A stretch of 64,000 bases of DNA from Nitrospina sp. UBA6727 (GTDB lineage: Bacteria; Nitrospinota; Nitrospinia; Nitrospinales; VA-1), in the NCBI GenBank assembly GCA_002454045.1, contig DKID01000026.1, positions 691 to 64,690 on the forward strand, written 5' to 3'. The notes under the pieces are model-generated. The model ran no database searches. It had not been told where the DNA came from and saw nothing but the letters and a program-made list of their open reading frames with translations. The position numbers were made by a program, and so were the translations under genes. Shown in pieces: positions 27,332 through 38,031 of this stretch (position 1 is the first letter of the stretch; each line of letters starts with the position of its first letter).

Positions 27332-29467
27332 ATGATTGTCAAAAAAATTCTCATTTATTTTCCCATCGCGCTGAGTGTATTTCTCCTGCAATCTTTTTTC
27401 TGGGTACCCACCTACGACAACCAGGCAGTGGGCAACCCGGCGCGGTTGGTCAAATACGTTCACGGCTCCAGCGGTGACGCGCAAATACTGAACCCGACAC
27501 TGAGCGCCGACACCTCATCCAGTTCCATCAACGATTTAGTTTTCGATGGCCTCATCGACCTCGACCAGAACCTGCAATACCGACCCCGCCTCGCCACATC
27601 GTGGACTCTGTTTGAAGAAGCTACCCTCGCGTTAAACACGGCTGCATTTTTGCCGGGAGGAAAGACCGCCGCGTCGTTGCAGGACTGGTCCGGCGCGTTG
27701 CTTGCCGCCCTCCGCGACAATGAAGCGTGGACGCAAAACTTGCGTTCCGTAGAAGTCATCCCCGGAAAAACTGTTCAGGGTGAGTTAGAAATTTTTCAAA
27801 CGGAAACAGACGCGACGGCGGAAAAGAACGGAAAGGAGGAGGCGATCATCTACACCATCCATCAGCCGCCGCGCTTGAAATTTACTTTGGAAAAGATCGA
27901 CCAAGACTTCTTCGTGCCCATCCAAGAATGGCTGGGGGAAGAATATTTCGCGGCGTTCCCCTACGACAAATTCATCCGCGCTAAAGATCCCGCGAAGCAG
28001 GCGGCGTTGCGGTCTCGATATGAAGAAATATTGCCGGTTACCGAACACAATCCGGTCATCGTTTTTAATCTGAGAAAAGATGTAACCTTTCACGATGGCC
28101 ACCCGTTTGATTCCGGCGACGTCTTGTTCACCTACGAATCAATCATAAACCCGAAGGGTACCTCGCCGCGAAAATCCGATTACGAACCGGTGAAAAATGC
28201 CGAAGTGTTAGGGCGGTATAAAATCCGTTTCACTTACAAGCGCCTGTTCTCGCCGGCCGTCGGCTCTTGGGCTATGGGAATTTTGCCCGAACATTTGCTC
28301 AATCGGAAAAGGCTTTCCGCCGAAGCGAATGAAAGAAGGCGCGACGTCGACACCTTCACCATGCGCGATAGCAACTTCGGCAGGCACCCCGTCGGCACCG
28401 GACCGTTCGTGTTCGTCGAATGGAAATCCGATGAACTGATACGTTTGCGGCGCAACGAAAATTATTGGGAAGGCGCGCCCGAATACGAAGAGTACGTCAT
28501 GCGCATCATCCCCGACAGTTTAACTCAAGAGATGGAGTTCTACGCCGGCGCCATCGACAACTATTCCGTGCAACCGCATCAGGTCGCGCGGTTTTCGAAG
28601 GACGAAAAATACCAGCGCTTTTCCAGCCTCGGTTATTTCTATTCCTACATCGGATACAATATGCGCAACCCGTTGTTCGCCGACCGCGATGTGCGCGTGG
28701 CTCTTGGCATGGCGGTCGACATCGACCCCATCATTCGTTACGTCCTTTACGAGGAAGGGGAAAGGGTGACGGGACCCTACCCGAAAATCACGGACTGGTA
28801 CGACGCAAACGTGAGCGCACTACCTTATGACCCCGCCGCCGCGCTGAAAATTTTAAACCGAATGGGATGGAAAAAAAACGCCGACGGCTGGCTGGAAAAA
28901 GACGGAAAAGTTTTCGCGTTCAACCTCATCACCAACAGCGGGAATCCCATCCGCAAAAATATCCTCACCATCGTGCAAGAAAGTTGGCGCAAGATTGGCG
29001 TCCGCTGCAACACGCAACTTTTCGAGTGGGCTGTGTTCCTCAAAGATTTTGTCAACACACTTAAATTCGACGCGTTGATATTGGGATGGAGCATGGGCAT
29101 CGACCCGGACGTGTACCAGATTTGGCATTCCAGTCAAGCCGGACCGCGACAGTTAAACTTTGTGGGATACAAGAACGCGGCGGCGGATCGGTTGATAACG
29201 CGAATCCGCCGGGAATACGACAGGACGAAGCAAATCGCTATGGCGCACGAACTGCACCGCATCATCGCGCGCGACCAACCTTACACGTTTTTGTATGTGG
29301 CAAAATCCACGCAACTGTTGGATAAGAAAATCGTGATGGTCGCAGAGGAAGATAGCGCGGAGAAAAAGTACGAAAAAATTTATCCCACCAAAGACGGCAA
29401 CATCCGCTACTATTTCAACCGCTGGAAAAAGTTGCCGCAGGTACCGGCGTTCAGTTCCGCTGGATGA
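27332..29467 (+). CDS. Family 5 (peptide/nickel) ABC transporter substrate-binding protein with a large insertion
   Basis: LNP..SAD..S....LVFDGL, LRKDVTFHDGHPF..DV.FTY, PVGTGPF, YSYIGYN and WHSSQ...LNFVGY motifs. N-terminal membrane anchor. Confidence 0.88.
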   Translation: MIVKKILIYFPIALSVFLLQSFFWVPTYDNQAVGNPARLVKYVHGSSGDAQILNPTLSADTSSSSINDLVFDGLIDLDQNLQYRPRLATSWTLFEEATLALNTAAFLPGGKTAASLQDWSGALLAALRDNEAWTQNLRSVEVIPGKTVQGELEIFQTETDATAEKNGKEEAIIYTIHQPPRLKFTLEKIDQDFFVPIQEWLGEEYFAAFPYDKFIRAKDPAKQAALRSRYEEILPVTEHNPVIVFNLRKDVTFHDGHPFDSGDVLFTYESIINPKGTSPRKSDYEPVKNAEVLGRYKIRFTYKRLFSPAVGSWAMGILPEHLLNRKRLSAEANERRRDVDTFTMRDSNFGRHPVGTGPFVFVEWKSDELIRLRRNENYWEGAPEYEEYVMRIIPDSLTQEMEFYAGAIDNYSVQPHQVARFSKDEKYQRFSSLGYFYSYIGYNMRNPLFADRDVRVALGMAVDIDPIIRYVLYEEGERVTGPYPKITDWYDANVSALPYDPAAALKILNRMGWKKNADGWLEKDGKVFAFNLITNSGNPIRKNILTIVQESWRKIGVRCNTQLFEWAVFLKDFVNTLKFDALILGWSMGIDPDVYQIWHSSQAGPRQLNFVGYKNAAADRLITRIRREYDRTKQIAMAHELHRIIARDQPYTFLYVAKSTQLLDKKIVMVAEEDSAEKKYEKIYPTKDGNIRYYFNRWKKLPQVPAFSSAG

Positions 29468-29562
29468 ATGCACCGTGAAAAAATTCCGCGCCGTTGCACG
29501 ACCGTCGTGCCGTTGCGACCGCCGCGCCGCCAACTATCGTAGTCGCGACGATTAATATGAGT

Positions 29563-29590
29563 TTGATTTGCGAAGCGTTTCAGATATAAT
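29563..29590 (+). promoter_or_regulatory. Putative sigma70 promoter for the ChdC-like gene
   Basis: TTGATT-16 nt-TATAAT, about 40 nt upstream of ATG 29630. Confidence 0.45.
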
Positions 29591-29629
29591 GACCGCTTCC
29601 GAAAACTATTTTTATTTTGAGAAAAAACT

Positions 29630-30598
29630 ATGAGTATTGACGACAAAGAATTGGAAGAGTTCATGCCCGACTTGGAGTTGGAATGGACCGACGAGGCTCA
29701 GACCCGTATGAAGAACGTGCCATTTTTCGTGCGCAAAAGTGTCGTGCGAGGCATTGAGCAATACGCCAAAGACAAAAGCATCGCGGTGGTGGATGACGGC
29801 GTGGTTTCTCGCGCTCGGCAAGAACGGGAAAGTGGAGCCATAGAAGCCGCCCGCAAAAAGAGGGAGGCGGAACAGCAATCTTCTGCCGATGGAAAATCCG
29901 TGCAACGTCAATACGTCAGTTTCACTTTTTACAAACTTGATCCCGCGTTTCGCCGACTGCCTAAGAGCGAGCGCGAACAGGGCGTGAAAGAGTTCGTCGA
30001 TGTTCTCGAAGAATACGACAACAGTTTCGATATGATTTTGCTCTGTTACTCCATGGTCGGGTTGCGCGGCGATGTCGACATCATGACGTGGCGCATCTGC
30101 CACAGTCTGGAAGAGTTTCAGAAGATGACTACCCGGTTGCTACAAACTGGTTTGGGAGCGTATCTGCACACTCCATACAGTTATCTTTCCATGACCAAGC
30201 GGTCGATGTATATGGACTTCATCAATCCAGAACACGAAGAAGACCGAACGCATATCATTCCCGGCAAAGCGAAATATCTTTTCATCTACCCGTTCGTCAA
30301 GACGCGCGAATGGTATCTGCTGACACAGTTCACCCGTCAAGGAATCATGGACGAACATATTTACATCGGCAACAAATATCCCTCCGTCAAGTTGAACACG
30401 ACTTATAGTTTTGGCATTGATGACTACGAGTTCGTGGTGGCTTTCGAATCCGATTGCCCCGATGACTTCCTCGACCTGGTGCAAGAGTTGCGCGAAACCG
30501 AAGGCAGCAGGTATGTCAAGGAGGACACCCCCATCTTCACCTGCGTTGCCATGTCGATTGAGGACGCGGTCAAAAGTCTCGGTTGCTCTTCCCCATAG
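29630..30598 (+). CDS. Chlorite dismutase-family protein (ChdC/HemQ-like) with an N-terminal PCP_red-like helical domain
   Basis: N-terminus WTDEA..RMKNVPFFVRK.V...IE.YA. Main domain YSMVGLRGDVD, YLSMTKRS.Y, YPFVKTREWYLL, MDEH and TTYSFGIDDYEFVVAFE. Confidence 0.85.
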   Translation: MSIDDKELEEFMPDLELEWTDEAQTRMKNVPFFVRKSVVRGIEQYAKDKSIAVVDDGVVSRARQERESGAIEAARKKREAEQQSSADGKSVQRQYVSFTFYKLDPAFRRLPKSEREQGVKEFVDVLEEYDNSFDMILLCYSMVGLRGDVDIMTWRICHSLEEFQKMTTRLLQTGLGAYLHTPYSYLSMTKRSMYMDFINPEHEEDRTHIIPGKAKYLFIYPFVKTREWYLLTQFTRQGIMDEHIYIGNKYPSVKLNTTYSFGIDDYEFVVAFESDCPDDFLDLVQELRETEGSRYVKEDTPIFTCVAMSIEDAVKSLGCSSP

Positions 30599-30643
30599 AC
30601 GCCACGCGTTCCCGCGGACTGCGTTCATCCTTCGTCTCGCTGG

Positions 30644-31549
30644 CTAGGCTCCGAGAAGTTCGGCGGGTTTAGTGAGGCGCGGCTCTTTCATTTTCGATGA
30701 CTCGCCGGAAGAATTATTCTTCAGCATTTGAAGTAGCCGGGCGATGACGGGCTTCAAATCTTTTCGGTGGACGACGTTGTCGATCAGTCCGTGTTCCAAT
30801 AAAAACTCCGCGGTTTGAAATCCTTCGGGAAGTTTTTGCTTGAGGGTTTGCTGGATGACACGCGGCCCGGCAAATCCAATCAAGGCTCCCGGCTCGGCTA
30901 GGATGACATCTCCCAACATGGAAAAACTGGCAGAGACACCGCCCATGGTTGGGTCGGTCAAGATGGAGATATAAGGAGTTTTTGTTTCGCTCAGCTTGCT
31001 GAGTGCCGATGATGTTTTTACCATTTGCATGAGGGAAAAAATACCCTCCTGCATTCGCGCGCCGCCTGAACTGCTTGCGATGACTAGCGCGGAATTGTTC
31101 GCCGTGGCGCGTTCGATGGCGCGGGTGATTTTTTCTCCCACCACCGAGCCCATGCTTCCACCCATGAAGCTGAAGTCGAACACGCAGATTTCGATGGGCA
31201 ATCCTTCCACTGACCCGCAACCGGTGACCACCGCATCGTTGGGAACTCCTTTCTTGGCCAATGACTTGATACGATCTTTATACTTTTTTGTATCCTTAAA
31301 CTTCAAAGGGTCCGCGGATGCCAGATACGGGTCGCACTCTTTGAACGTGCCCTGATCCACGAGTTGATGAATTCTTTGTCGGGTTGCGAGACGAAAATGG
31401 TAATCGCAATGCGGGCATACGTTGAGGTTGGTTTCCAGTTCGGCGATATAAATTTGTTCCCCGCATTTTTTGCATTCGGCCCAGAGATCTTTATCCTTGA
31501 CGGCTTTCTTACTATCAATCCCTGCTTTGATTTTATCTATCCATGACAT
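30644..31549 (-). CDS. accD: Acetyl-CoA carboxylase carboxyltransferase beta subunit
   Basis: LW.EC..C...CPHC zinc finger, FMGGSMGSVVGEK, SGGARMQEG and GFAGPRVI motifs. Confidence 0.97.
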   Translation of the reverse strand: MSWIDKIKAGIDSKKAVKDKDLWAECKKCGEQIYIAELETNLNVCPHCDYHFRLATRQRIHQLVDQGTFKECDPYLASADPLKFKDTKKYKDRIKSLAKKGVPNDAVVTGCGSVEGLPIEICVFDFSFMGGSMGSVVGEKITRAIERATANNSALVIASSSGGARMQEGIFSLMQMVKTSSALSKLSETKTPYISILTDPTMGGVSASFSMLGDVILAEPGALIGFAGPRVIQQTLKQKLPEGFQTAEFLLEHGLIDNVVHRKDLKPVIARLLQMLKNNSSGESSKMKEPRLTKPAELLGA

Positions 31550-31594
31550 TTAAGAATTTCTCCGGCTTGGGGACAATCGGACTACGCCGAGCGG

Positions 31595-32344
31595 TCAATG
31601 AGTATTCACAGCAGGGGGAGGAGATGCTTCCTTAGATTTTGCCTTCATCTTTTTATTTTTAAACAACAAACCGATGGGGCCGATGACGGCGTAGGTGATG
31701 CCGAGGATGAACAACGCAACCCGCGGTATCGTCGCCAAAACATAAATAAATAAAATCACGAACAGGAACCGGGAAAACACTACGCGTTTTTTAAAGTCAA
31801 ACTTTTTGAAGGCGGGGTATTTGATATTGCTGACCATGAGGAACGCCAAGGTATAAACCACCATCACCATTATGAAAGGATTCATGCGCGTCGCGAACAA
31901 GTCTTCAAAGGCGATCACGATGGACGCGATCACCACCGCGGATGCTGGACTTGGCAAGCCGATAAAATATTCGCCGCGAATTTCCGGCTTGGACACATTG
32001 AATCGCGCCAGCCGCAGAGTGGCGCAAAGCAAAAACAAGAAGGCGGCCATCCACCCCAATCGGCCAAAGGGTTTTAGCACCCACGAGTAGGCGAGGAGGG
32101 CGGGAGCCATGCCGAAGGTGATGATGTCCGCCAGCGAATCGTATTGCTGACCAAATGCGCTGGTGGTTTTCGTCAACCGGGCGATGCGACCGTCTAGCCC
32201 GTCAAAAATCATTCCCGCCACGATGGCCCACGCGGCTAAATAAAATTGTTCGTTCAGCACCGCGACGAACGCGTAGAAACCGCAGAAAACATTTCCTGTG
32301 GTGAACAAACTGGGGAGAATGTGAACGCCTTTTTTACGTTGCAT
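31595..32344 (-). CDS. pssA: CDP-diacylglycerol--serine O-phosphatidyltransferase
   Basis: LPSLFTTGN.FCG, DGLDGRIAR....S.FG..YDSLAD, RLARFN and F.GLPSP motifs. Confidence 0.95.
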   Translation of the reverse strand: MQRKKGVHILPSLFTTGNVFCGFYAFVAVLNEQFYLAAWAIVAGMIFDGLDGRIARLTKTTSAFGQQYDSLADIITFGMAPALLAYSWVLKPFGRLGWMAAFLFLLCATLRLARFNVSKPEIRGEYFIGLPSPASAVVIASIVIAFEDLFATRMNPFIMVMVVYTLAFLMVSNIKYPAFKKFDFKKRVVFSRFLFVILFIYVLATIPRVALFILGITYAVIGPIGLLFKNKKMKAKSKEASPPPAVNTH

Positions 32345-32350
32345 GGATTT

Positions 32351-32980
32351 TTATTTTAGATAACCGATGATGGAACTTCCGCCGCTGACAACATCGCCGA
32401 CCGTAACTTTTATTTCCGTGCCTTCGGGTAGAAAGATGTCAACGCGCGAGCCGAAGCGGATGAGGCCAAAGCGTTGCCCCCGTTGATACTCGTCGCCTTC
32501 TTTCGCCCAGCAAACAATTCTGCGCGCAATCAAACCGGCGATCTGCTTCACCAAAATTGTAACACGCGCGTTGGTCAGGAGAATAGATTTTTGCTCGTTA
32601 TCCATCGACGCTTTGTGGCTCGCCGCGTTGAAAAACTTGCCGGGATTATAGCGGATGGTTTGTATCTTTCCGGCGATGGGCATCCGATTTACATGCACGT
32701 TGAAAACGTTCAGAAAAATACTGATCCGCGTGTAGGCGTCATTTAGCAAAGGGTCTTTGTCTGGAACAATCGCGACGACTTTGCCGTCGCCGGGGGAAAC
32801 GATGGAGCCTGCGTCGTCGGGAATATTCCTTTCGGGGTCGCGAAAAAACCACGTGACAAAAAGAGACAGTCCGCCAAAAAGTGCGGCGACCCACGACCAC
32901 GATAAAAACCAAAAAGTCCCCGTCAAAAAAGCGAGCGGGAGGATGAATGGATAACCTTCTTTGGCAATCGGGACGCGCAT
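32351..32980 (-). CDS. psd: Phosphatidylserine decarboxylase
   Basis: FFRDPER, ISIFLNVFNVHVNR.P, QIAGLIARRIV and FGSRVD cleavage site. Confidence 0.95.
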   Translation of the reverse strand: MRVPIAKEGYPFILPLAFLTGTFWFLSWSWVAALFGGLSLFVTWFFRDPERNIPDDAGSIVSPGDGKVVAIVPDKDPLLNDAYTRISIFLNVFNVHVNRMPIAGKIQTIRYNPGKFFNAASHKASMDNEQKSILLTNARVTILVKQIAGLIARRIVCWAKEGDEYQRGQRFGLIRFGSRVDIFLPEGTEIKVTVGDVVSGGSSIIGYLK

Positions 32981-32984
32981 AACT

Positions 32985-33986
32985 TTATTGCAACTTCTTG
33001 CCGACGAAGGGCATCATTTTTCTGAGTTTTTCTCCGACGATTTCGATGCGGTGCTTTTTATCCTGCGCCAACCTGGCGTTGAACACCGGGCGGTTGGCTA
33101 AGTTTTCCAGAATAAACTCTTTGGCGAAACTTCCGCTTTGGATCTCGCCAAGAATCCGTTTCATTTCTTTGCGGGTTTGCTTTGTGATGATGCGTGGTCC
33201 GCGCGTTACATCTCCATACGCCGCGGTGGTGCTTATGGAATAACGCATGTTGCTGATGCCGCCTTCGTAAATTAGGTCGACGATCAATTTGACTTCGTGA
33301 AGGCACTCAAAATAAGCGAGGTCCGGATCGTATCCGGCATCTACCAGCGTGTCGTATCCGGCGCGAATCAATTCGGTGAGACCTCCGCACAACACTGCCT
33401 GTTCCCCAAACAAATCGGTTTCGGTTTCTTCCCTGAAACTGGTTTCGAGGACGCCCGCCCGCGTCCCGCCTATGCCTTTGGCGTACGCGAGGGCCATCTT
33501 TTGCGCGTTCTTGGTGACGTTCTGATGAACCGCCATCAGGCAGGGAACGCCGGCGCCTTGTTCATAAGTCCTCCTGACCAAATGCCCGGGACCTTTCGGG
33601 GCAATCATGAAAGCGTCCACAAATTTCGGCGGGACAATTTGTCCGAAGTGAATGTTGAATCCATGCGCCCACGCCAAAGCCATGCCTTTTTTTAGATGAG
33701 GCTCGATGTCCTTTTCATACATTGCTTTTTGTTTGTCATCCGGAATCAAGATCATCATGACGTCGGCTTTTTTTGCGGCTTCGGAAACGGTCATGACTTT
33801 CAGTCCATCCCTTTGCGCTTTTTTCCAGAAGGCGCTATCTTTCCTAAGACCGACGACAACTTTCATTCCGCTGTCGTGAAGATTTCTGGCGTGGGCGTGT
33901 CCTTGGCTACCGTAGCCGACGATGGCGATTGTTTTCTTCGCCAAGATTTTGATGTTCGCGTCTTTGTCATAAAAAATCTTCGACAA
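32985..33986 (-). CDS. ilvC: Ketol-acid reductoisomerase
   Basis: [23 protein letters not shown] and [16 protein letters not shown] motifs. TTG start. Confidence 0.97.
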   Translation of the reverse strand: MSKIFYDKDANIKILAKKTIAIVGYGSQGHAHARNLHDSGMKVVVGLRKDSAFWKKAQRDGLKVMTVSEAAKKADVMMILIPDDKQKAMYEKDIEPHLKKGMALAWAHGFNIHFGQIVPPKFVDAFMIAPKGPGHLVRRTYEQGAGVPCLMAVHQNVTKNAQKMALAYAKGIGGTRAGVLETSFREETETDLFGEQAVLCGGLTELIRAGYDTLVDAGYDPDLAYFECLHEVKLIVDLIYEGGISNMRYSISTTAAYGDVTRGPRIITKQTRKEMKRILGEIQSGSFAKEFILENLANRPVFNARLAQDKKHRIEIVGEKLRKMMPFVGKKLQ

Positions 33987-34015
33987 AATAGTTCTCCTTA
34001 ATTATGTGTACAATT

Positions 34016-34504
34016 TTAACGGCTCGATTTACTTCCGCGGTCGATGGCGATTCTTCCCGTCCGGACGAGTTCTTTTATTCCAAACGGGGTCAACAATTCT
34101 AGAAAGCTGGCTATCTTTCCCTCGTCGCCGGTGATTTCGATGGTGTATGCACTGGGACTTACATCGACAACTTTTGCGCGGAACAAATCTACGATTCTGA
34201 GAATTTCTTCCCTGACTCTGGCTTCGGCGTTTGTCTTGATTAACAACAATTCGCGGTCGACAAACTTTTCCTCGGTCAGGTCAACGACTTTGATAACATC
34301 GACCAGTTTGTTGAGCTGTTTGGTAATCTGCTCGATTTTGGCATCGTCGCCGCGGGTCACTATGGTCATGTGAGAAACTCCGCGGTCGGATGTTTCCGCC
34401 ACGTTCAGGCTTTCGATGTTGAACCCGCGGCCACTGAAGAGACCCGACACGCGGGACAAAACGCCAAACCGATTGTTCATCAATACGGAAATGGTATGTT
34501 GCAT
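34016..34504 (-). CDS. ilvN: Acetolactate synthase small subunit
   Basis: HTISVL..N.FGVLSRVSGLFSGRGFNIESL, QLNKLVDVIKV and ELVRTG motifs. Start ATG 34504. Confidence 0.95.
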   Translation of the reverse strand: MQHTISVLMNNRFGVLSRVSGLFSGRGFNIESLNVAETSDRGVSHMTIVTRGDDAKIEQITKQLNKLVDVIKVVDLTEEKFVDRELLLIKTNAEARVREEILRIVDLFRAKVVDVSPSAYTIEITGDEGKIASFLELLTPFGIKELVRTGRIAIDRGSKSSR

Positions 34505-34649
34505 TTTTCTGGAACCCGAGTTTGCGATGCGCCCCAAACTTACTGCCCGGGGATGGCTTCTGTTGAACCCCGCATGCTAACAAAATCAAAACTTTTTTCC
34601 TAATAAGAATTGCTTTTCAAACTGTGAATGGAGGCGGTCGGAAATAATC

Positions 34650-35306
34650 ATGCGGGAGAAATTCCATATCAGTCGGGCTCTCGCCGCGGTGAAGAAAGTT
34701 GTCCGTTCATTTCCGGATCCCAGCGTGACCGTCATAAGTCGGAATCATAATCCCTTCGCCGTTCTGGTTAGTTGCATCATCAGCCTTAGAACTCGAGACG
34801 AGGTTACGAAAATAGCCGCGGAGCGTTTGTTCAAACAAGCAAAAAATCCGCAAGCGTTATTGAAACTATCAAACAAAAAAATAGAAAAAGCCATTTACCC
34901 CGCGGCATTTTTCCGCAACAAAACTAAGTCGCTGAAAAAACTTTGCCGAGACTTGCTGGATAACTACGGCGGAAAAGTTCCGGACAAACTGGATGAACTT
35001 CTTCGGTTGCAGGGGGTGGGACGCAAAACCGCGAACTTGACTTTGATTTTGGGACACGGCAAGCCTGGGATTTGCGTGGATGTTCATGTTCACCGCATCT
35101 CTAATCGTTGGGGATATGTAAAGACGAAGTCCCCGGACGAAACCGAGCAGGTGCTGAGGGATGAACTACCGCGTAGATACTGGACGAACTACAACAGTTT
35201 GCTCGTCGCGTTCGGGCAAAATATTTGCAAACCAATCTCGCCGTTTTGCGCGTCCTGCACGCTCGCAAAAGTTTGCCCAAAAGTTGGGGTCACCGTTAGG
35301 CGCTAG
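34650..35306 (+). CDS. nth: Endonuclease III
   Basis: HhH motif [21 protein letters not shown] and [11 protein letters not shown]...CP Fe-S motif. Confidence 0.93.
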   Translation: MREKFHISRALAAVKKVVRSFPDPSVTVISRNHNPFAVLVSCIISLRTRDEVTKIAAERLFKQAKNPQALLKLSNKKIEKAIYPAAFFRNKTKSLKKLCRDLLDNYGGKVPDKLDELLRLQGVGRKTANLTLILGHGKPGICVDVHVHRISNRWGYVKTKSPDETEQVLRDELPRRYWTNYNSLLVAFGQNICKPISPFCASCTLAKVCPKVGVTVRR

Positions 35307-36022
35307 GCGTCGATAATTTTTTTCTGTAGCGCGATGAGTTCTTTAATACCTTTGTCGGCAAATTTGAGAAGGCCCGCCAATTGCTCATCATCAAAAGGTT
35401 TTTGTTCCGCGGTCCCCTGAATTTCGATGTATTCGCCGGCACCAGTCTTGACAATGTTGAGATCGACATCGGCGTTGGAGTCTTCGCTGTAATCCAAGTC
35501 AAGCATTTTTTCCCCGTTGACAATTCCCACGCTGACCGCGGCGACATAATCTTTGATCGGCAACTCGTCGATTAATTTTTCCGCCGCCATTTTATTTAAC
35601 GCCAGCACCATCGCTATGAAGGCTCCCGTGATGGAAGTGCAACGGGTGCCGCCGTCTGCCTGGATGACATCGCAATCGATCCAGACGGTACGCTCTCCCA
35701 ATTTTTTGAGGTCAACAACTGCGCGGAGTGAGCGACCGATGAGCCTTTGAATTTCTTGCGTTCTCCCCGAAAGTTTTCCGCGGGAAGCCTCGCGCGGCGT
35801 GCGGACATTGGTGGACGAGGGGAGCATGGAATATTCGGCGGTCACCCAGCCGCTGTTTTTGTTGCGGAGAAACAACGGGACTTTTTCTTCAACCGTGGCC
35901 GCGCAAATGACTTTAGTGTCTCCCGTTTGGATGAGAACGGAGCCTGCCGGGTGCATGGTGTAGTTTTTCGTTATTGTAGTTTTTCTACACTCATCGAATG
36001 GGCGGTCTTGATTTCTGGACAT
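35303..36022 (-). CDS. rph: Ribonuclease PH
   Basis: [38 protein letters not shown] and EIQGTAE motifs. Confidence 0.97.
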   Translation of the reverse strand: MSRNQDRPFDECRKTTITKNYTMHPAGSVLIQTGDTKVICAATVEEKVPLFLRNKNSGWVTAEYSMLPSSTNVRTPREASRGKLSGRTQEIQRLIGRSLRAVVDLKKLGERTVWIDCDVIQADGGTRCTSITGAFIAMVLALNKMAAEKLIDELPIKDYVAAVSVGIVNGEKMLDLDYSEDSNADVDLNIVKTGAGEYIEIQGTAEQKPFDDEQLAGLLKFADKGIKELIALQKKIIDA

Positions 36023-36121
36023 GTTCCCTCAATTTTTGGTTCACGAAAAAATAAACGCGGCGCAATTATATTCTTACACCAACACAAATTGCTATCTAAA
36101 CACTAATCTCATCGGCCGGGT

Positions 36122-37063
36122 TCACAAGCCGCCGGCTCCTTTCAATCCTACATAAACGCAATAAACTAAAATCAGCGTCGCCCCCTTTAGTTTTCCCAAA
36201 GAATAATTTCCGTACCTTATCATCCCCAGAAACAATCCGGTGACGGCGCTGGTGATGAGCAAGTCTGGCCGTATCGGCTCGTTGATGTGTAAAGGGTAAA
36301 TGGTTGCGGTTAGACCGAGAACCATCAGGATGTTAAAGATGTTGCTTCCAAAAATATTCCCGATAGCCATTTCGCCGTGCCCTCGTTTCGCGGCGATGAT
36401 GGAGGAGACAATTTCCGGAAGGCTGGTTCCTATGGCGACGATGGTGATGCCGATGAACCATTCGCTAATCCCTAAACTGCGGGCGATTCCCACGCCTCCC
36501 GCGACTAAAAACTCGGCGCCGCCAATCAAAAATCCGAGTCCGACGAGGATCAGAAAAATTTGCACGGAGAAAGATTGTCCCGCTAAAAATTGAATTTCAT
36601 CGTCCTGCTCTTCGGTAAAATTTTCTTTGTGACGGAACGATCTCCACACATAAATTCCCAAAAGGCAGATCATGAAAAATCCTTCGTAACAATCAACTTT
36701 CAAGTCCCAAGCGATTACCACGATGAGCAGGGACGCGAACAGTAGCGGCGGCGATTCCCGTTTGAATCGGGCGGGCGCGATTGACAACGGTATCATGAAA
36801 GCGGTTAAGCCGAGGACGATGCCGATGTTGGCGATGTTGCTGCCGATGACGTTGCCCATCGCCAGTTCGTGGGTGCCTTCTAATGCGGCGCGGAGGGCGA
36901 CGGCGAGTTCCGGCGTGGAGGTGCCAAACGCGATGACCGTGGCGCCAATCACGAAGGGACTAATTTTCAGCGCGCGGGCGAAGCGAACGCTGCCCGTCAC
37001 CAAGAAGTTTCCTCCAAAATATAACAGCACCAGCCCCGCGATGATTTTTGCAAAATCGAACAA
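36122..37063 (-). CDS. Calcium/sodium antiporter (YrbG/CaCA family)
   Basis: Two alpha repeats: GTSTPEL...GNVIGSNIAN and GTSLPE...GNIFGSNIFN. Confidence 0.92.
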   Translation of the reverse strand: MFDFAKIIAGLVLLYFGGNFLVTGSVRFARALKISPFVIGATVIAFGTSTPELAVALRAALEGTHELAMGNVIGSNIANIGIVLGLTAFMIPLSIAPARFKRESPPLLFASLLIVVIAWDLKVDCYEGFFMICLLGIYVWRSFRHKENFTEEQDDEIQFLAGQSFSVQIFLILVGLGFLIGGAEFLVAGGVGIARSLGISEWFIGITIVAIGTSLPEIVSSIIAAKRGHGEMAIGNIFGSNIFNILMVLGLTATIYPLHINEPIRPDLLITSAVTGLFLGMIRYGNYSLGKLKGATLILVYCVYVGLKGAGGL

Positions 37064-37130
37064 TGTAAGTTTTGGTCAAAAAAATAAAAAGATAACAACC
37101 CGGCGTCATACCACCGACCGCGGCGCGGGG

Positions 37131-37862
37131 TCAACGCAGAAACGTTTCGGGATACCCGCTCCGCGCCAACTTTTCCTGAACGATGCGCGCTTTTTCGCGG
37201 CTGGGAAAAACTCCCAATTGCACGATGTAGATTGTAGCCGACGCATCGGCCCCGCGCGAATCGGACGAAAAACTTTTCGTCGCGACACGCCGCGCGCCGC
37301 GCTGTTTGATTTTTTGCGACTGCGCTTGGATGGAAGGCGCAAAGCCTTTCGCCTGGAGTTGTTGTGAAAACGATTCCGCGTTTTGCTTGACGCGGAACGC
37401 GCCGGTCTGAATGAAGAACCCCGCCTTTTCTTTTTTCGTTGCCGGCAATATTTTTCTCGCGCTTGACTCCGGTTTAGGACTTGGCGATACTTCCGCAACT
37501 TTTGACGGCGGAACCGGGATGCTGGCGGCGCTTGATTCATCTTCCACTACGGGAACCTGCTCGGCTAATCTTTCGTCCGCGGTATCAGGTTTTTTCATCG
37601 CGGATTCAATTGGAGAGACGGCGGTTGCTTGGCGGTTTGCCTGAAAATAAACGAGCCCTAAAAGTCCGATGCCGACGACGGCGATGGCAAACATCCGCGA
37701 ATTTTTTGCGCGGATCTTTTTCCCCGATTCGTTTTCTATTTCTTCCACTTTTTCCGCGAAGTTATCGCCGTCATCAATTTGCTTTTCGTATTCATTGACT
37801 TCTTCATGGCGGGGATCGTCGTTTGTGAATGGCAGTGTTTCTTGTTCCTGAGTTTCCAGCAT
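37131..37862 (-). CDS. Single-TM SPOR-domain protein
   Basis: Acidic N-terminus, one TM segment, Pro-rich linker, then FFIQTGAF..KQNA and YIVQLGVF.SREKA. Confidence 0.8.
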   Translation of the reverse strand: MLETQEQETLPFTNDDPRHEEVNEYEKQIDDGDNFAEKVEEIENESGKKIRAKNSRMFAIAVVGIGLLGLVYFQANRQATAVSPIESAMKKPDTADERLAEQVPVVEDESSAASIPVPPSKVAEVSPSPKPESSARKILPATKKEKAGFFIQTGAFRVKQNAESFSQQLQAKGFAPSIQAQSQKIKQRGARRVATKSFSSDSRGADASATIYIVQLGVFPSREKARIVQEKLARSGYPETFLR

Positions 37863-38031
37863 GGCGGGTGCCTCTAAAGTTTATGGAGTAAAATTCATCG
37901 CCGCGACAATTAATGGCGACAACTTTGGTTGCGGATGTTAAGATGTAAAAACGCGGCGAACGTGTAACTTCGTCCGCTGTGTCGTGCGAAAATATACGCG
38001 ATAACTCCTTAATTGTCAATAGGATAAGGAA

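Noticed and set aside
29630-30598. True chlorite dismutase
   Set aside because: The distal catalytic Arg is not evident (VKLNT) and there is no signal peptide; it fits ChdC/HemQ-like proteins better.
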